From: a bacterium
GTDB lineage: Bacteria > Arandabacterota > Arandabacteria > Arandabacterales > Arandabacteraceae
DNA: 64,000 nucleotides
Direction: 5' to 3'
Assembly (NCBI GenBank): GCA_029933125.1
Contig: JAOZOU010000008.1
Span: 5,234 to 69,233, forward strand
Below, one piece after another: positions 38,224 through 49,651 of the stretch (the first letter of the stretch is position 1; every line of letters starts with the position of its first letter). Under the pieces are notes generated by a model. That model saw only the letters and a program-made list of their open reading frames with translations, was not told the origin of the DNA and ran no database searches. Made by a program: the position numbers and the translations under genes.

Positions 38224-39684
38224 ATGAGAACATTGATTCAACAGAGACTTGCAAAACTGGAGGAGCTTCGCAAGAGAGGCATAGAACCTTATCCCTACAG
38301 ATTTGTGCAGACGCACCATGCCGCAGATATCAAGGCTGCGTATGAGAATCTTGCAGCCACCGAGGCAAAGGTAAAAGCTGCGGGTAGATTGATGTCCAAA
38401 AGACCGCACGGGAAGTCATGTTTCGGTCACATGCGAGATCTCACAGGGGATATCCAGATCTATTTTAAGGTCGATGACCTCGGCTCGGAAAGATTCGATC
38501 TCCTGGATCTCATCGATATCGGTGACACCATTGGTGTTGAGGGCACTGTGTTTAAGACCAGAACAGGTGAGATAACCATAAGGGTCAGTGACTATGAACT
38601 GCTTGCAAAGGCTATAAGACCCATGCCTGAAAAGTGGCACGGATTGAAGGATAGGGAAACAAGATACCGTCAGCGCTATGTGGATCTCGCTTTCAACATG
38701 GATGTGAGGGAGATCTTCATTAGAAGGGCAAAGACCATAAGAGCGATGAGAAAATTCCTTGATGAACGAGGTTTCATTGAAGTTGAAACTCCGGTGCTGC
38801 AGCCGATATATGGAGGTGGCAATGCGGAACCCTTCACAACATATCACAAGGCACTGGACATGAGCCTCTATCTCAGAATAGCTGATGAGCTCTATCTCAA
38901 AAGGCTGCTAGTTGGTGGGCTTGAGAGAGTCTATGAGATTTCAAAGGATTTCAGAAACGAGGGGATGGATCGTACTCACAGCCCTGAATTCACTCAGCTT
39001 GAGCTCTATCAAGCCTACGCTGACTATTTTGACATGATGGAACTTTTTGAGCAAATGATGGAATATCTTGCTTTGGAGCTTACTGGTTCAACTGAGATCA
39101 CTTACCAGGGTACGAAGATTGACATGCGTCCGCCCTGGAGAAGATTGAGCATTCCTGAAGCAGTGAAGAGATTTGCTGATGTGGATATCGAAACATGTAC
39201 TGATGACGATCTTCGTCGGGTATGTATGAAGATATCGGACCAGGATTGGCAGGCAGCAAAGAGAGGAACAATGATAGATGAGATCATTGACCATTTTGTT
39301 GAACCCAACCTTGTCGAGCCGACCTTCCTTCTGGACTTCCCAACAGAAACATCCCCGCTAGCAAAGGTCTCAAGGAGAGATGCCCGGTTTGCAGAGAGAT
39401 TTGAGCCGTATGCTTTTGGAATCGAGCTTGGAAATGCCTTCTCCGAGCTCAATGACCCTATGAGGCAGCTCCAAAACTTTAGAATGCAACGTGAGGATGG
39501 CAAAGAGATCGACTACGACTTCGTACGAGCACTACAATATGGTATGCCACCAGCCGGTGGCCTGGGGGTGGGTGTAGATAGGCTTGTGATGATATTTACA
39601 AACAGTCATAGCATACGCGACGTCATTCTCTTTCCCCAGATGAGACCTGAACCCGACCTTAGTGAGGAATTCGATGGGCTTTAG
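38224..39684 (+). CDS. lysS: Lysine--tRNA ligase (class II)
   Basis: OB anticodon-binding domain, motif 2 FRNEGMDRTHSPEFTQLE, motif 3 GGLGVGVDRLVM. Confidence 0.95.
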   Translation: MRTLIQQRLAKLEELRKRGIEPYPYRFVQTHHAADIKAAYENLAATEAKVKAAGRLMSKRPHGKSCFGHMRDLTGDIQIYFKVDDLGSERFDLLDLIDIGDTIGVEGTVFKTRTGEITIRVSDYELLAKAIRPMPEKWHGLKDRETRYRQRYVDLAFNMDVREIFIRRAKTIRAMRKFLDERGFIEVETPVLQPIYGGGNAEPFTTYHKALDMSLYLRIADELYLKRLLVGGLERVYEISKDFRNEGMDRTHSPEFTQLELYQAYADYFDMMELFEQMMEYLALELTGSTEITYQGTKIDMRPPWRRLSIPEAVKRFADVDIETCTDDDLRRVCMKISDQDWQAAKRGTMIDEIIDHFVEPNLVEPTFLLDFPTETSPLAKVSRRDARFAERFEPYAFGIELGNAFSELNDPMRQLQNFRMQREDGKEIDYDFVRALQYGMPPAGGLGVGVDRLVMIFTNSHSIRDVILFPQMRPEPDLSEEFDGL

Positions 39685-40897
39685 TCTCTTTATTGCCCGA
39701 AAGTATATAGGAGCATCAAAGAGAAGTGGCTTTGTCACTGCGATAACTATTATATCAATAGCTGGTGTTGCTCTCGGTGTCCTCGCTCTGGTGGTTGTCC
39801 TTTCCGTGATGAATGGATTTGAAACTGAAGTACTTGATCGCATTGTTGGAACAAATGCCCATGTGATCGTTCGTCATGAGGATGGCATCGGTGACTACGG
39901 AGAGGTGGGCAAGCTTGTTCTGGGAAGATCTGATGTTGTCGGGGTTGCACCATTCGTCCTCGATAAGGCGATGGTGATATCGGAGAATGGGACCGATGCT
40001 GTTTTCGTTAAGGGCATCGATCTTGAAGCGGAAGAAGCGGTTACCCAAGTTAGAAATTACATACATCCAGAGGGCTTTACCTTCAGCGGTGACTCAACAA
40101 GCCTGAGTAAGATAGTTGTCGGAAAGGAGCTAGCTTATAGCCTTCAGGTGGCGATTGGTGATACAATTGTCCTGGCTAGGGCTGATATCTCGTCATCTGC
40201 TCCACTTGGAATACTGCCTGAGTTCAGACGTTTCGTTGTCGGGGGATTCTTTGACTCAGGTATGTACGATTACGATGCTTCATTTGCATTCTTGAGTCTA
40301 AGAGATGCCCAGGATTTCTACCATATGGATTCAAAGGTTAGCGGACTGAGCGTGAAGGTTAAAGACAAGTTTAAGGCACCCATCATCGGTTATGCCATAG
40401 CAGGTATACTTGGAAGTGGTTACAGTGTAAATGACTGGATTCATTTGAATCGAAGCCTTTTCAAGTGGATGAACATGGAGAAGAAAGTGATGTTTATCAT
40501 ACTTAACCTCATAATTCTGGTTGCTGCCTTCAACATTGCCAGCACCCTCATAATGGCAGTTCTGCAGCGTACCAGAGACATCGGAATCTTAAGGTCAATG
40601 GGGGCTACGGCTCGCTCAATAATGAATATCTTCATGCTCCAAGGTGTTCTCATAGGGCTGATCGGAACAACTGTCGGCATAATTGGAGGGGTAGTGCTAT
40701 CAAATCTGATCGATAAGTATCACCTTATCAAGCTACCGGGTGATGTATATTTCATTGAGACAGTCCCCGTTCTGCTAAAACCCCTTGACGTGACTCTCAT
40801 AGGGGCAGTTGCCATGCTTGTGTGTTTCGTGGCTACAATATATCCAGCCTGGCGGGCCGCCAAACTAATTCCTGTTGAGGCAATTCGCTATGAGTAA
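39674..40897 (+). CDS. lolE: Lipoprotein-releasing ABC transporter permease (LolC/E family, FtsX-like)
   Basis: MGFSLFIARKYI... N-terminus, large periplasmic MacB-like domain, C-terminal FtsX TM bundle. Followed by lolD. Confidence 0.8.
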   Translation: MGFSLFIARKYIGASKRSGFVTAITIISIAGVALGVLALVVVLSVMNGFETEVLDRIVGTNAHVIVRHEDGIGDYGEVGKLVLGRSDVVGVAPFVLDKAMVISENGTDAVFVKGIDLEAEEAVTQVRNYIHPEGFTFSGDSTSLSKIVVGKELAYSLQVAIGDTIVLARADISSSAPLGILPEFRRFVVGGFFDSGMYDYDASFAFLSLRDAQDFYHMDSKVSGLSVKVKDKFKAPIIGYAIAGILGSGYSVNDWIHLNRSLFKWMNMEKKVMFIILNLIILVAAFNIASTLIMAVLQRTRDIGILRSMGATARSIMNIFMLQGVLIGLIGTTVGIIGGVVLSNLIDKYHLIKLPGDVYFIETVPVLLKPLDVTLIGAVAMLVCFVATIYPAWRAAKLIPVEAIRYE

Positions 40898-41585
40898 AGA
40901 CAAAGTTGTTCTTGAGTGCAGAGATCTCAAGAAGTCATATACTTCAGGAAAGGATGTCATAGAGGTTCTGAAGGGTGTGAGCTTGGAGCTTCACAAGGGA
41001 GAAATCATCGCCGTTGTTGGACCATCTGGTGTAGGTAAGAGTACGTTACTACACCTGCTTGGGGCAATAGATAAACCTGATGATGGCAGGATTCTGGTTG
41101 ATGGTTTTGATGTTCTTTCACTCCCGGAGGATAAGATAGCGGCATTTAGGAACAGGCACTTCGGATTTGTTTTTCAGTTTCACCACCTCTTGCCTGAGCT
41201 CAGTGCACTTGAGAATGTGATGGTACCCTGCATAATAGCAGGTATGGAAATGTCGAGAGCCATGAAGCGTGCCCGAAGGATTCTTGAGGAAGATGTTGGC
41301 CTGGCAGGTCGACTCCATCACCGTCCCCGCGAGCTCTCAGGCGGGGAACAACAGCGGGTTGCTGTTGCAAGAGCTCTTGTTATGAACCCTGTGGTTGTTC
41401 TTGCCGATGAACCTTCTGGCAATCTCGATCCCGATAATGGGAGGTTACTGCATGACCTTATATGGGATCTTCGTGAAAAGCTTGGACAGAGTTACATCAT
41501 AGTGACACACAATGTTGAATTGGCGCAAAGATGTGATCGTACACTAAAACTATTTGACGGCGTTGTTGAGGACGTTAAGATATAA
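40890..41585 (+). CDS. lolD: Lipoprotein-releasing ABC transporter ATP-binding protein
   Basis: Walker [12 protein letters not shown], signature [15 protein letters not shown], Walker [11 protein letters not shown]. 8-nt overlap with lolE. Confidence 0.85.
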   Translation: MSKDKVVLECRDLKKSYTSGKDVIEVLKGVSLELHKGEIIAVVGPSGVGKSTLLHLLGAIDKPDDGRILVDGFDVLSLPEDKIAAFRNRHFGFVFQFHHLLPELSALENVMVPCIIAGMEMSRAMKRARRILEEDVGLAGRLHHRPRELSGGEQQRVAVARALVMNPVVVLADEPSGNLDPDNGRLLHDLIWDLREKLGQSYIIVTHNVELAQRCDRTLKLFDGVVEDVKI

Positions 41586-41599
41586 TACAGGGGGATGAT

Positions 41600-42100
41600 A
41601 TGCTTTGTGACAATTGCGGAAAAGAGCCAGCTAGAGTGCACTACAAAGAGATGAAGGACAACGAAGTAACTGAACTCCATCTCTGCGAAAAGTGTGCTCT
41701 CGAAAAGGGGATTCAGCTTCCTCATAAGAAGCAGCCTTTTATGATCTCGAATATTCTGGCGAGCATGGCTGAAGAGGTTGGCTCGGACATAGTTCGGTGC
41801 AAGACCTGTGGGCTTTCCTATAAGGACTTTCGCGAATGTGGTCGCCTTGGATGTGCCGATTGCTATGAGGCATTCAAGGAACAACTCAAGTCACTCCTTA
41901 GAAGGATCCATGGATCTAACATACATGTTGGTAAGAGCCCTCGCCAGAGCCAGGATGTTTTCGAGAAGAGACGTCAGATTGAGAACCTCAAGGTCGAGCT
42001 GAGCAGAGCAATCGAGAAGGAGGATTTCGAGAAGGCTGCGGAGATAAGAGACAAGATAAAGGAGCTTGAGAAGGTTGCGGAGGACAGAAGTGACAATTGA
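41600..42100 (+). CDS. mcsA: McsA-like protein arginine kinase activator (zinc fingers + UVR motif)
   Basis: CDNCGK...CEKCA and CKTCG...CADCY cysteine pairs. UVR segment LSRAIEKEDFEKAAEIRDKIKELE. Confidence 0.8.
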   Translation: MLCDNCGKEPARVHYKEMKDNEVTELHLCEKCALEKGIQLPHKKQPFMISNILASMAEEVGSDIVRCKTCGLSYKDFRECGRLGCADCYEAFKEQLKSLLRRIHGSNIHVGKSPRQSQDVFEKRRQIENLKVELSRAIEKEDFEKAAEIRDKIKELEKVAEDRSDN

Positions 42101-42104
42101 GGAA

Positions 42105-43190
42105 ATGGCAAGGAATCCCAGTCCGTGGTTGGCAGGCCGGAGCGAGCTTGCCGATTCGGTTGTCAGCAGCCGAGTAAGACTTGCTCGGAACATCGAGGGA
42201 TTACCGTTTGCCCATCGAGCAACTTCAGAACAACTGTCAGAGGCACTGTCGCTTGCAAGGGAGGCAATTGAGAAATCTAATACTCTGAGGACAGGTACGT
42301 TCATGCTTATGAGCGATCTTGATGATCTTGACAGGCAATTCCTTGTTGAGCGTCATCTCATAAGCCATGAGCATGCTGAGAAATCGCCAACAAGAGCCAT
42401 CGCAATCGGCGAAAATGAGATGGTAAGTGTCATGGTTAACGAGGAAGACCACCTTAGACTACAATCAGTACAGCCTGGCTTCCAGGTGATGGAGGCATGG
42501 CGCCTTGTTGATCGACTTGATAATGAGATCGATGCAAATCTCAAGTATGCGTTCTCATACGAGTGGGGCTATCTTTCTGCCTGTCCAACAAACACAGGTA
42601 CGGGATTGAGAGCATCTATGCTTGTGCATCTGCCTGGGCTCATCCTCACCAAGCAGATTGAGAAGGTGATACATAGTATTACCCAGATGGGGCTTGCTGT
42701 GAGAGGCTTTTTTGGCGAAGGAAGTGAGGTCGTTGGGAATCTCTTCCAGATTTCCAATCGCACGGCTCTGGGAACTTCCGAGATCGATATAGTTCAAAGT
42801 TTGGAAAAGGTTGTAAGACAGGTACTTGAATATGAGACACGAGCTCGCGATATTTTGTTAAGGAACGCCCGTTTCGAGATCGAAGATAAGGTATGGAGGG
42901 CATACGGTATTTTGAAATATTGCAGAAAGGTAACATGGAAGGATGTGATGTCGTATGCCTCTGCCGCGAGATTAGGTTCGTCCTTGGGGATTCTCAAGGA
43001 CGTATCGGTCTCAAGGTTAAATGAGATGATATTTATGGCTCAACCCGCTCATCTTCAGAAGCGTTTTGGTAAACGCATGGAACCTGCTGATAGGGATGTT
43101 GTCAGAGCGGAGATGATTCGTAATATGCTTGCTGAAGATGAGAAACGATCAAACAAGGGAAATGCTGCTCAGACGGGGGAGGCAACCTGA
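42105..43190 (+). CDS. mcsB: Protein arginine kinase McsB
   Basis: ATP:guanido phosphotransferase signature [30 protein letters not shown]-terminal block. Start placed at ATG 42105 after GAGGA. Confidence 0.85.
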   Translation: MARNPSPWLAGRSELADSVVSSRVRLARNIEGLPFAHRATSEQLSEALSLAREAIEKSNTLRTGTFMLMSDLDDLDRQFLVERHLISHEHAEKSPTRAIAIGENEMVSVMVNEEDHLRLQSVQPGFQVMEAWRLVDRLDNEIDANLKYAFSYEWGYLSACPTNTGTGLRASMLVHLPGLILTKQIEKVIHSITQMGLAVRGFFGEGSEVVGNLFQISNRTALGTSEIDIVQSLEKVVRQVLEYETRARDILLRNARFEIEDKVWRAYGILKYCRKVTWKDVMSYASAARLGSSLGILKDVSVSRLNEMIFMAQPAHLQKRFGKRMEPADRDVVRAEMIRNMLAEDEKRSNKGNAAQTGEAT

Positions 43191-45697
43191 TGCATGACAA
43201 GTTCACAGACAGGGTCAAGCGTGTAATGTTCCTGGCAAGAGAAGAGGCTGCCAGGTTACATCACGACTATATCGGAACAGAGCATCTGCTTCTCGGAATA
43301 ATCAGAGAGGGTGAGGGGCTGGCTGCTACGATTCTCACCAACCTTGGACTTGACCTTGATATGGTTCGCAGAACAATTGAAAGCATGGTGCCTGCAAGCA
43401 GTGGAAGTGTTACCATCGGCGAAATCCCATTTACCCCGCGGGCAAAGCATGTGCTCGAGCTTTCGGTAGATGAGGCAAAGCTTCTGGGACACAACTATGT
43501 TGGTACAGAGCACCTGCTACTTGGCTTGATACGAGAGGGTGAAGGGATAGCTGCAAGAGTGCTAACAGAATTTGGTGCTGACAAGCGTCGGGTGAGAGAG
43601 GAGGCTCTCAGATTGCTGGGAGGAACCCAACGTGGTCATAGAGGAAAGCAGGAAGCCAAGACCGAAACCCCTGCGCTTGATCAGTTTGGAAGGGATCTAA
43701 CGGAGCTCGCCAGACAGGGCAAGCTCGATCCTGTAATTGGCCGCGAAGTTGAAATAGAGCGTGTCATCCAAGTTCTTTGCCGTAGGAAGAAGAATAACCC
43801 GGTCCTTATAGGCGAGCCTGGAGTGGGAAAGACAGCCATTGTCGAGGGGCTTGCGACCAAGATAGTTGAGGGTAGAGTGCCAGAAATACTGAGAGACATG
43901 CGGGTTGTTGCTCTCGATCTTGCTGCAATCGTAGCTGGAACCAAGTATCGCGGCCAGTTCGAGGAGCGGCTTAAGGCCATCATAAATGAGATAAGGGAAG
44001 CCCATAGCGTGATCATTTTCATAGATGAGCTTCATACGATTGTGGGGGCTGGTGGCGCCGAGGGTGCCATCGATGCATCTAATATGCTTAAGCCAGCTCT
44101 TGCCAGAGGCGAACTCCAGACCATTGGAGCAACTACCCTTGATGAGTACCGCAAGTACATTGAGAAAGATGGCGCCCTTGAGAGACGCTTTCAGCCAATA
44201 ATGATATCGCCACCTACGGTTGAGGAGACGATAGAGATCATTAAAGGCTTGCGTGATAAGTATGAAGCTCACCATCGGGTCCGCATTACCGATGAAGCCA
44301 TCATCGCAGCTGTTCGCCTTTCTGATCGCTATGTTAAGGACAGGTATCTTCCTGATAAGGCCATCGATGTTGTGGATGAGGCTGGTGCAAGGGCACGCCT
44401 CTCGGTCTCGTCGGTCCCGCCTGATATTAGAGAGCTCGAACGTAAGATAGAGAAGCTTGCTGCTGAGAAGGAAAGCTTCATTCGCAAACAGGATTTCGAA
44501 AATGCTGCACGCATTAGGGACCGTGAACGTGAACTTAAAGCAAAACTTGATGAGATAAAGGGAAGCTGGAGGCAGATTTCTGACGGAGCAGATGTGAAGG
44601 TCGAGGCTGAGGATGTTGCCTATATTGTATCGAGAATGACAGGTATTCCAATTACCAAGCTCGAGGAGGAGGAATCGCGCAAGCTTCTGCGCATGGAGGA
44701 TGAGCTCAGGAAGCGAATTGTTGGTCAGGATGAGGCTCTTAAAGCCGTTTCTAAAGCCATAAGACGGGGTCGGGCAGGGCTTAAAGATCCGCGGCGCCCG
44801 ATTGGATCCTTCTTCTTCCTTGGCCCAACTGGTGTAGGGAAGACAGAACTTGCAAGAGCACTGGCGGAATTCCTCTTTGGTGATGAAAATGCTATGGTAA
44901 GAATTGATATGTCGGAATATATGGAAAAGTTTGCCGTCTCGCGTCTCGTTGGAGCACCGCCAGGATACGTTGGCTATGAGGAAGGTGGACAGCTGACCGA
45001 GAAAGTCCGAAGGAGGCCATACAGTGTTGTGCTTCTTGACGAGATTGAGAAAGCGCATCCTGACGTATTTAACATTCTTTTGCAGGTGCTTGAGGATGGC
45101 CAGCTGACCGACAGTTTTGGCCGAGTTGTTGACTTTAAAAATTGTGTTGTTATCATGACTTCTAATGTTGGAACACGGCGCATCAAGGGTGGAACATCTC
45201 TTGGCTTCCACAGAACAGAAAGTGATGAAAGCTACGAAAGGATGCGAGATAAGGTACTCGATGAACTCAAACGCACCTTTAACCCTGAGTTCCTTAACAG
45301 AGTGGATGAGATTATAGTCTTCAGGCCCCTTGGCATACCTGAGATCAAGAAGATAGTTGACATACTTCTCGCTGAGGTCGAGGGGCGGCTTGAAGCCTAT
45401 GGTCTTAAGCTGATTGTAGCACCCGAGGCGAAGGATCTCTTGATAGAGAAGGGTTATGATCCTGCACTGGGGGCTAGACCTCTGAGGAGGACTATCCAGA
45501 GGCTCCTTGAAGATCCACTTGCTGAAGAAGTTCTCAAGGGGACATTTAAGTCTGGCTCCACAATTAAGGCTTGTCGGAACCAGGATGTACTCACGTTCGA
45601 GTGCAAGTCGAAATCTAAGAAGGAGAAAGTAGCCTGCTCAAAGTCCAAGGAGAAGGATGTTGACAAGAAGGAGCCTGATAGCGAAAGCCTCTCCTGA
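43190..45697 (+). CDS. clpC: ATP-dependent Clp protease ATP-binding subunit ClpC
   Basis: Two Clp-N repeats ([15 protein letters not shown] / [15 protein letters not shown]), Walker [10 protein letters not shown] and [12 protein letters not shown] linker [18 protein letters not shown]. Lys/Ser-rich C-terminal tail. Confidence 0.95.
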   Translation: MHDKFTDRVKRVMFLAREEAARLHHDYIGTEHLLLGIIREGEGLAATILTNLGLDLDMVRRTIESMVPASSGSVTIGEIPFTPRAKHVLELSVDEAKLLGHNYVGTEHLLLGLIREGEGIAARVLTEFGADKRRVREEALRLLGGTQRGHRGKQEAKTETPALDQFGRDLTELARQGKLDPVIGREVEIERVIQVLCRRKKNNPVLIGEPGVGKTAIVEGLATKIVEGRVPEILRDMRVVALDLAAIVAGTKYRGQFEERLKAIINEIREAHSVIIFIDELHTIVGAGGAEGAIDASNMLKPALARGELQTIGATTLDEYRKYIEKDGALERRFQPIMISPPTVEETIEIIKGLRDKYEAHHRVRITDEAIIAAVRLSDRYVKDRYLPDKAIDVVDEAGARARLSVSSVPPDIRELERKIEKLAAEKESFIRKQDFENAARIRDRERELKAKLDEIKGSWRQISDGADVKVEAEDVAYIVSRMTGIPITKLEEEESRKLLRMEDELRKRIVGQDEALKAVSKAIRRGRAGLKDPRRPIGSFFFLGPTGVGKTELARALAEFLFGDENAMVRIDMSEYMEKFAVSRLVGAPPGYVGYEEGGQLTEKVRRRPYSVVLLDEIEKAHPDVFNILLQVLEDGQLTDSFGRVVDFKNCVVIMTSNVGTRRIKGGTSLGFHRTESDESYERMRDKVLDELKRTFNPEFLNRVDEIIVFRPLGIPEIKKIVDILLAEVEGRLEAYGLKLIVAPEAKDLLIEKGYDPALGARPLRRTIQRLLEDPLAEEVLKGTFKSGSTIKACRNQDVLTFECKSKSKKEKVACSKSKEKDVDKKEPDSESLS

Positions 45698-45734
45698 CAT
45701 AGCTCAAACCAGACCTGATCATCCCCCATTGTCT

Positions 45735-48056
45735 GTGAGGTTGGTCGGGTCTAACTTTTTTTGGCTTTTGCTCTTTGTGACTTTGCTTTGTATCCCGAGG
45801 GCAATCCTTGCATTTCCTGAGAGAGTTAAGATTGCCGGGATCGAAGTCAGAGGTACCAAGCGCACTCACGCTAAATCGGTAATCAATACGTTTGGTCTCA
45901 CTGAAGGCAAGGAGTATCCTTATGAGGATGTTCAGGATGGTCTTAGACGTATCTACCATATGAATCTTTTCAGCAATGTTCGTTTGCTGACGAAGCATAC
46001 ACCGCAGGGCGACTCCTTGATAATAGAGGTTGTTGAGAGGCCTGTCGTTAAGGGCATAACGATCTCAGGGAATCGCAAGATTGGAAAAGGAGACATACGC
46101 AGCAAAATAGAGCTTGCTGTTGGATCAACTTTCGACGAGCGCCTGCTCGAGAAGAGCCTCAAGGCAATCCGTTCCCTTTACAAGGGGAAGGGATACTACC
46201 TGGCTGATGTCACATATGAGACCAAACCTGCCGGGAAGACTGGTGTTTCCCTGATTTTCAGAATAAATGAAGGCGTCAAAGTCAAAGCTGAGAAAATAGA
46301 TATCGAAGGCAATAGGGCACTTTCGGATAAAGCACTCAAGAAGATCATGGAGACCAAGGAGCGCGGATGGTTCTCGGGTAAGGACTACAACCCCGAGGTG
46401 CTTGAGCAAGACCTTGAGCGTATAATTGGGCGCTATCGTGATGAAGGTTTCATGCAGGCTCATATTGTGGAGCACTCGGTTGATATAGATAAGAAAAAGA
46501 AAGTCGCAAGGATCCGAATAAAGGTCAATGAAGGACCGCGGTTATACATAAGCAAGGTTGGAATTGAACTCAATAATGATGTGGACCTTCCCCATGAGCT
46601 TTCTCAGGAAGTTCTTCACAAAGCAATCACGCTAAAGCCAGGCGATCCTTACAGTGAGAGCGAATATGATAAGACACTTGAGAACCTCTATTCGATCCTG
46701 GGAGACTACGGATATATGTATGCTCAGATCGAGCCCAATCAGAACTTCAGGGGTGATAGCGTCTCCCTGACATTTAGAGTGGATCCTCAGCGTGCTGTGC
46801 GCGTTCACAAGATCATCATTGAAGGGAATGAAACAACCCTTGAAAAGGTCATAAGGCGGGAGCTTGTGATCCACCCGGGCGATATCTTGAGAAGATCCCT
46901 GATCGAGAGGAGCCATCGTGAGGTTTTCAATCTAGGCTATTTTGAAGACATCCAGGTTGGCTCAAGAGTTGCAAACGAGCAAGGAGATATAGATCTTGTC
47001 TTTAAGGTAAAGGAGAGACAAACAGGGGTTGCCAATGTTGGAGCTGGCTACAGTGAGGAATTTGGACTAACCGGCTTTGTCGAATTTGCCCACAACAACG
47101 TTGGCTTCTACAGGAAATTTCCATTCCTCGGTCTCGGCAAAGGCCAAACTCTAAATCTCAGATGGGAGTTCGGAAAGCTTGATCAGATTGAGCTAAGCTA
47201 CCGCGACCCTTGGTTCCGCGATCGTCCGATACTCGTTGGATTTGATCTCTATGATACCAGGCGTGAATATGATACCTATACCGACAAACGTAGTGGCTTC
47301 GGCTTAGTGTTCGGGAGACGCATATCGTGGATAAACTATTCGAGGGTTTACTTGCGATACAGCCTTGAGCGTAGGGAAATCGATCCTAATGAGCAGAGGG
47401 CAAGTGAGTGGGTAAAGAGCCAGGCTGGAACCCGGACCACCTCAAGCGTTATCTTAAGCTTTATCCGTAACAGCGTTGATAACCCATTCTTTCCGCGAAC
47501 TGGAAGCCGCACGTCGTTGACCTGCGAGTGGGCTGGTGCAGTACTCGGCGGCAATACGGCATACCAGAGCTATATCCTTGAGAGTTCAAACTTCATTTCC
47601 ATTCCCCTCCTGAAGTCAGCTTTCGTCTTTAAGGTGAGGACTGGAATAGTTGACGAACTTGGAGGTGGGGGTTACATTCCAATCTATGAGAGATTTAGAC
47701 TCGGTGGTTCTACACTCGATGGTGTCAGAGGATATGGAGATCGAACCATAGTGCCAGAGGGCAATGCAATTGACGAAGGCGGGCGCTTCATGCTTATTGG
47801 TACAATGGAGTACCGTATCCCGGTCGTAGAAAACCGAGCTCATGTACTTGTCTTCCTAGATGCTGGTGATACGTGGAATAGCTTCAGAGCAGCTCGCCCA
47901 GGTATCCTGAGAAGATCAGCCGGGGTTGGGTTCCGCATTGAGATACCGATGATGGGTCAGCTGGGACTCGATGTCGGCTATGGCTTCGATCGCGATGAAG
48001 CATATGGAGGTCCTGGCTGGGAAACTCATTTCCAGTTTGGAACAGCAGGATATTAG
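45735..48056 (+). CDS. bamA: Outer membrane protein assembly factor BamA
   Basis: Signal-like segment FFWLLLFVTLLCIPRAILA, repeated POTRA units (I.I.GN....), and a C-terminal 16-strand barrel with the RGY.. motif (LDGVRGYGDR). GTG 45735 chosen because the ORF-track start lies inside clpC. Confidence 0.9.
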   Translation: MRLVGSNFFWLLLFVTLLCIPRAILAFPERVKIAGIEVRGTKRTHAKSVINTFGLTEGKEYPYEDVQDGLRRIYHMNLFSNVRLLTKHTPQGDSLIIEVVERPVVKGITISGNRKIGKGDIRSKIELAVGSTFDERLLEKSLKAIRSLYKGKGYYLADVTYETKPAGKTGVSLIFRINEGVKVKAEKIDIEGNRALSDKALKKIMETKERGWFSGKDYNPEVLEQDLERIIGRYRDEGFMQAHIVEHSVDIDKKKKVARIRIKVNEGPRLYISKVGIELNNDVDLPHELSQEVLHKAITLKPGDPYSESEYDKTLENLYSILGDYGYMYAQIEPNQNFRGDSVSLTFRVDPQRAVRVHKIIIEGNETTLEKVIRRELVIHPGDILRRSLIERSHREVFNLGYFEDIQVGSRVANEQGDIDLVFKVKERQTGVANVGAGYSEEFGLTGFVEFAHNNVGFYRKFPFLGLGKGQTLNLRWEFGKLDQIELSYRDPWFRDRPILVGFDLYDTRREYDTYTDKRSGFGLVFGRRISWINYSRVYLRYSLERREIDPNEQRASEWVKSQAGTRTTSSVILSFIRNSVDNPFFPRTGSRTSLTCEWAGAVLGGNTAYQSYILESSNFISIPLLKSAFVFKVRTGIVDELGGGGYIPIYERFRLGGSTLDGVRGYGDRTIVPEGNAIDEGGRFMLIGTMEYRIPVVENRAHVLVFLDAGDTWNSFRAARPGILRRSAGVGFRIEIPMMGQLGLDVGYGFDRDEAYGGPGWETHFQFGTAGY

Positions 48057-48075
48057 AACCGAGGAGGAAACGGCC

Positions 48076-48597
48076 ATGAAGAGGCTTGGATTTATTTTTG
48101 CTCTTATTTTGCTTCTGCCTATGGCTGCCGTTGGAGCCGAGCAGAAGATCGGATACGTCAATGTCAGTGCGATCTTCGAGCAGTATTCAGCAGCAAAAGA
48201 GGCTCAGCAGACATATCAAAAAGAGCTTGAAGAACTCAATCGTCAGGTAACTGAGATGGAACAGGCAATCCAAGCCTTGGCTGACACGCTCAATTATAAG
48301 CGCTATTATTTCAGTGAGGAGCGCTTGCGGGAGAAGCAGCAAGAGCTTGAGCAGCGCAAGAAGGACTATCTGGACTTCAGGCAGAAGGCTGAAGCTAAGG
48401 CTGCACAGCGAAATGACGAACTCTCTAAACCAATCCTTAATGCTATTGAGGAGGCCATACGTAAGGTCGCCCAGAAAGAGGGCTTTGACTTAGTTCTGGA
48501 CTCGGGACCTGGTATTGTGCTTTACTCAAAGCCCGAGCTTGACCTAACGGACAAGGTGTTACAGCTTCTTGAGGAATCAAGAAGCGCATCAGAATAG
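48076..48597 (+). CDS. skp: OmpH/Skp-family periplasmic chaperone
   Basis: Signal peptide MKRLGFIFALILLLPMAAVGA, IGYVNV... start, long charged helices. Canonical position between bamA and lpxD. RBS GAGGAGG. Confidence 0.75.
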   Translation: MKRLGFIFALILLLPMAAVGAEQKIGYVNVSAIFEQYSAAKEAQQTYQKELEELNRQVTEMEQAIQALADTLNYKRYYFSEERLREKQQELEQRKKDYLDFRQKAEAKAAQRNDELSKPILNAIEEAIRKVAQKEGFDLVLDSGPGIVLYSKPELDLTDKVLQLLEESRSASE

Positions 48598-48616
48598 GTG
48601 ATAGTTCGCCACAGGT

Positions 48617-49651
48617 ATGGAAATAACACTCAGCGAATTAGCGAAATTGATCGGTGGAGAGGTCTCGGGCGACCCTTCTGTGGTTATAACAGGGGTGGCT
48701 GGTATCAGGGAAGCTCGCCCTGGTGACGTAACTTTCCTAGCTGATCCGCGCTATAGCAGATTTCTCGAAACTACGAAAGCTTCGGCAGTGATTGCTCCGC
48801 CAAACGCAGGCCGCAGTAAGAAACCGCTCATAATCTGTGAAAATCCATATCTGAGCTTCGTAAAGGCTGTCGAATACTTCTTCCCTAATAGAGATTCCTA
48901 TCCGCGTACTATCCATCCGTCGGCTGTCATTGCGTCAAGTGCAAACATTGGCAAGAATGTCGCAATTGGTGCTTGTGCTGTGATTGAGGAGCATGTCAAG
49001 ATTGGTGACAATACGGTGGTCCTTGCGGGTACATATATCGGTAAGCGGACCACTGTTGGAAGTGATTGCCTCATATATCCCAATGTTACAATTAGAGAGG
49101 AGATCAAAATCGGCGACCGTGTCATTATCCATAGTGGTGCTGTTATAGGCAGCGACGGATTTGGATTTGTGAAAGACGGTGAAGTCTACAGGAAGATACC
49201 GCAGGTTGGAAATGTTGTTGTTGAAGACGATGTCGAGATTGGCGCCAACGTTACAATAGATAGAGCCACTACCGGTACAACTCTTGTCGGAAGGGGCACA
49301 AAGATAGACAATCTTGTCCAGATCGGACACAATGTTGTAATAAGAGAAAACTGCATCATTGTTGCCCAGGTTGGAATAGGTGGAAGCACAGAGGTTGGAA
49401 GTGGAGCAACAATTGCAGGACAGGCCGGTATCGTCGGACATGTCAAGATAGGTGAAGGGGCAATAGTTGCTGCTCAGGCAGGGGTTGTCGGTGATGTAAC
49501 TCCGGGTGGAATGGTCTCTGGATATCCAGCCCGTGATCACAAGCAAGCCAAGAAGATTTACGCAAGCCTCCAAAAGCTTCCCGACCTTCTCAAGCGTGTT
49601 GCAGATCTAGCAGAGCGAGTTGCGAAACTTGAAAAAGGGCAGAAAGTATGA
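48617..49651 (+). CDS. lpxD: UDP-3-O-acylglucosamine N-acyltransferase
   Basis: LSELAKLIGGEV N-terminal domain, long left-handed beta-helix hexapeptide repeats, C-terminal helix. Confidence 0.9.
   Translation: MEITLSELAKLIGGEVSGDPSVVITGVAGIREARPGDVTFLADPRYSRFLETTKASAVIAPPNAGRSKKPLIICENPYLSFVKAVEYFFPNRDSYPRTIHPSAVIASSANIGKNVAIGACAVIEEHVKIGDNTVVLAGTYIGKRTTVGSDCLIYPNVTIREEIKIGDRVIIHSGAVIGSDGFGFVKDGEVYRKIPQVGNVVVEDDVEIGANVTIDRATTGTTLVGRGTKIDNLVQIGHNVVIRENCIIVAQVGIGGSTEVGSGATIAGQAGIVGHVKIGEGAIVAAQAGVVGDVTPGGMVSGYPARDHKQAKKIYASLQKLPDLLKRVADLAERVAKLEKGQKV

Noticed and set aside
43697-45211. A 504-aa ORF fully antisense to clpC, by far the longest shadow ORF in the window.
   Set aside because: Its codons are exactly phase-aligned with the clpC codons, so antisense stops can arise only from sense TTA, CTA or TCA codons. 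Those codons are simply rare in this stretch. The ORF ends precisely at a sense CTA (gat cta acg near 43696). The translation is low-complexity with no recognisable domain, RBS or signal. It is most parsimoniously a codon-usage artefact. Only conservation of the antisense frame independent of clpC constraints, or ribosome profiling, would change this view.
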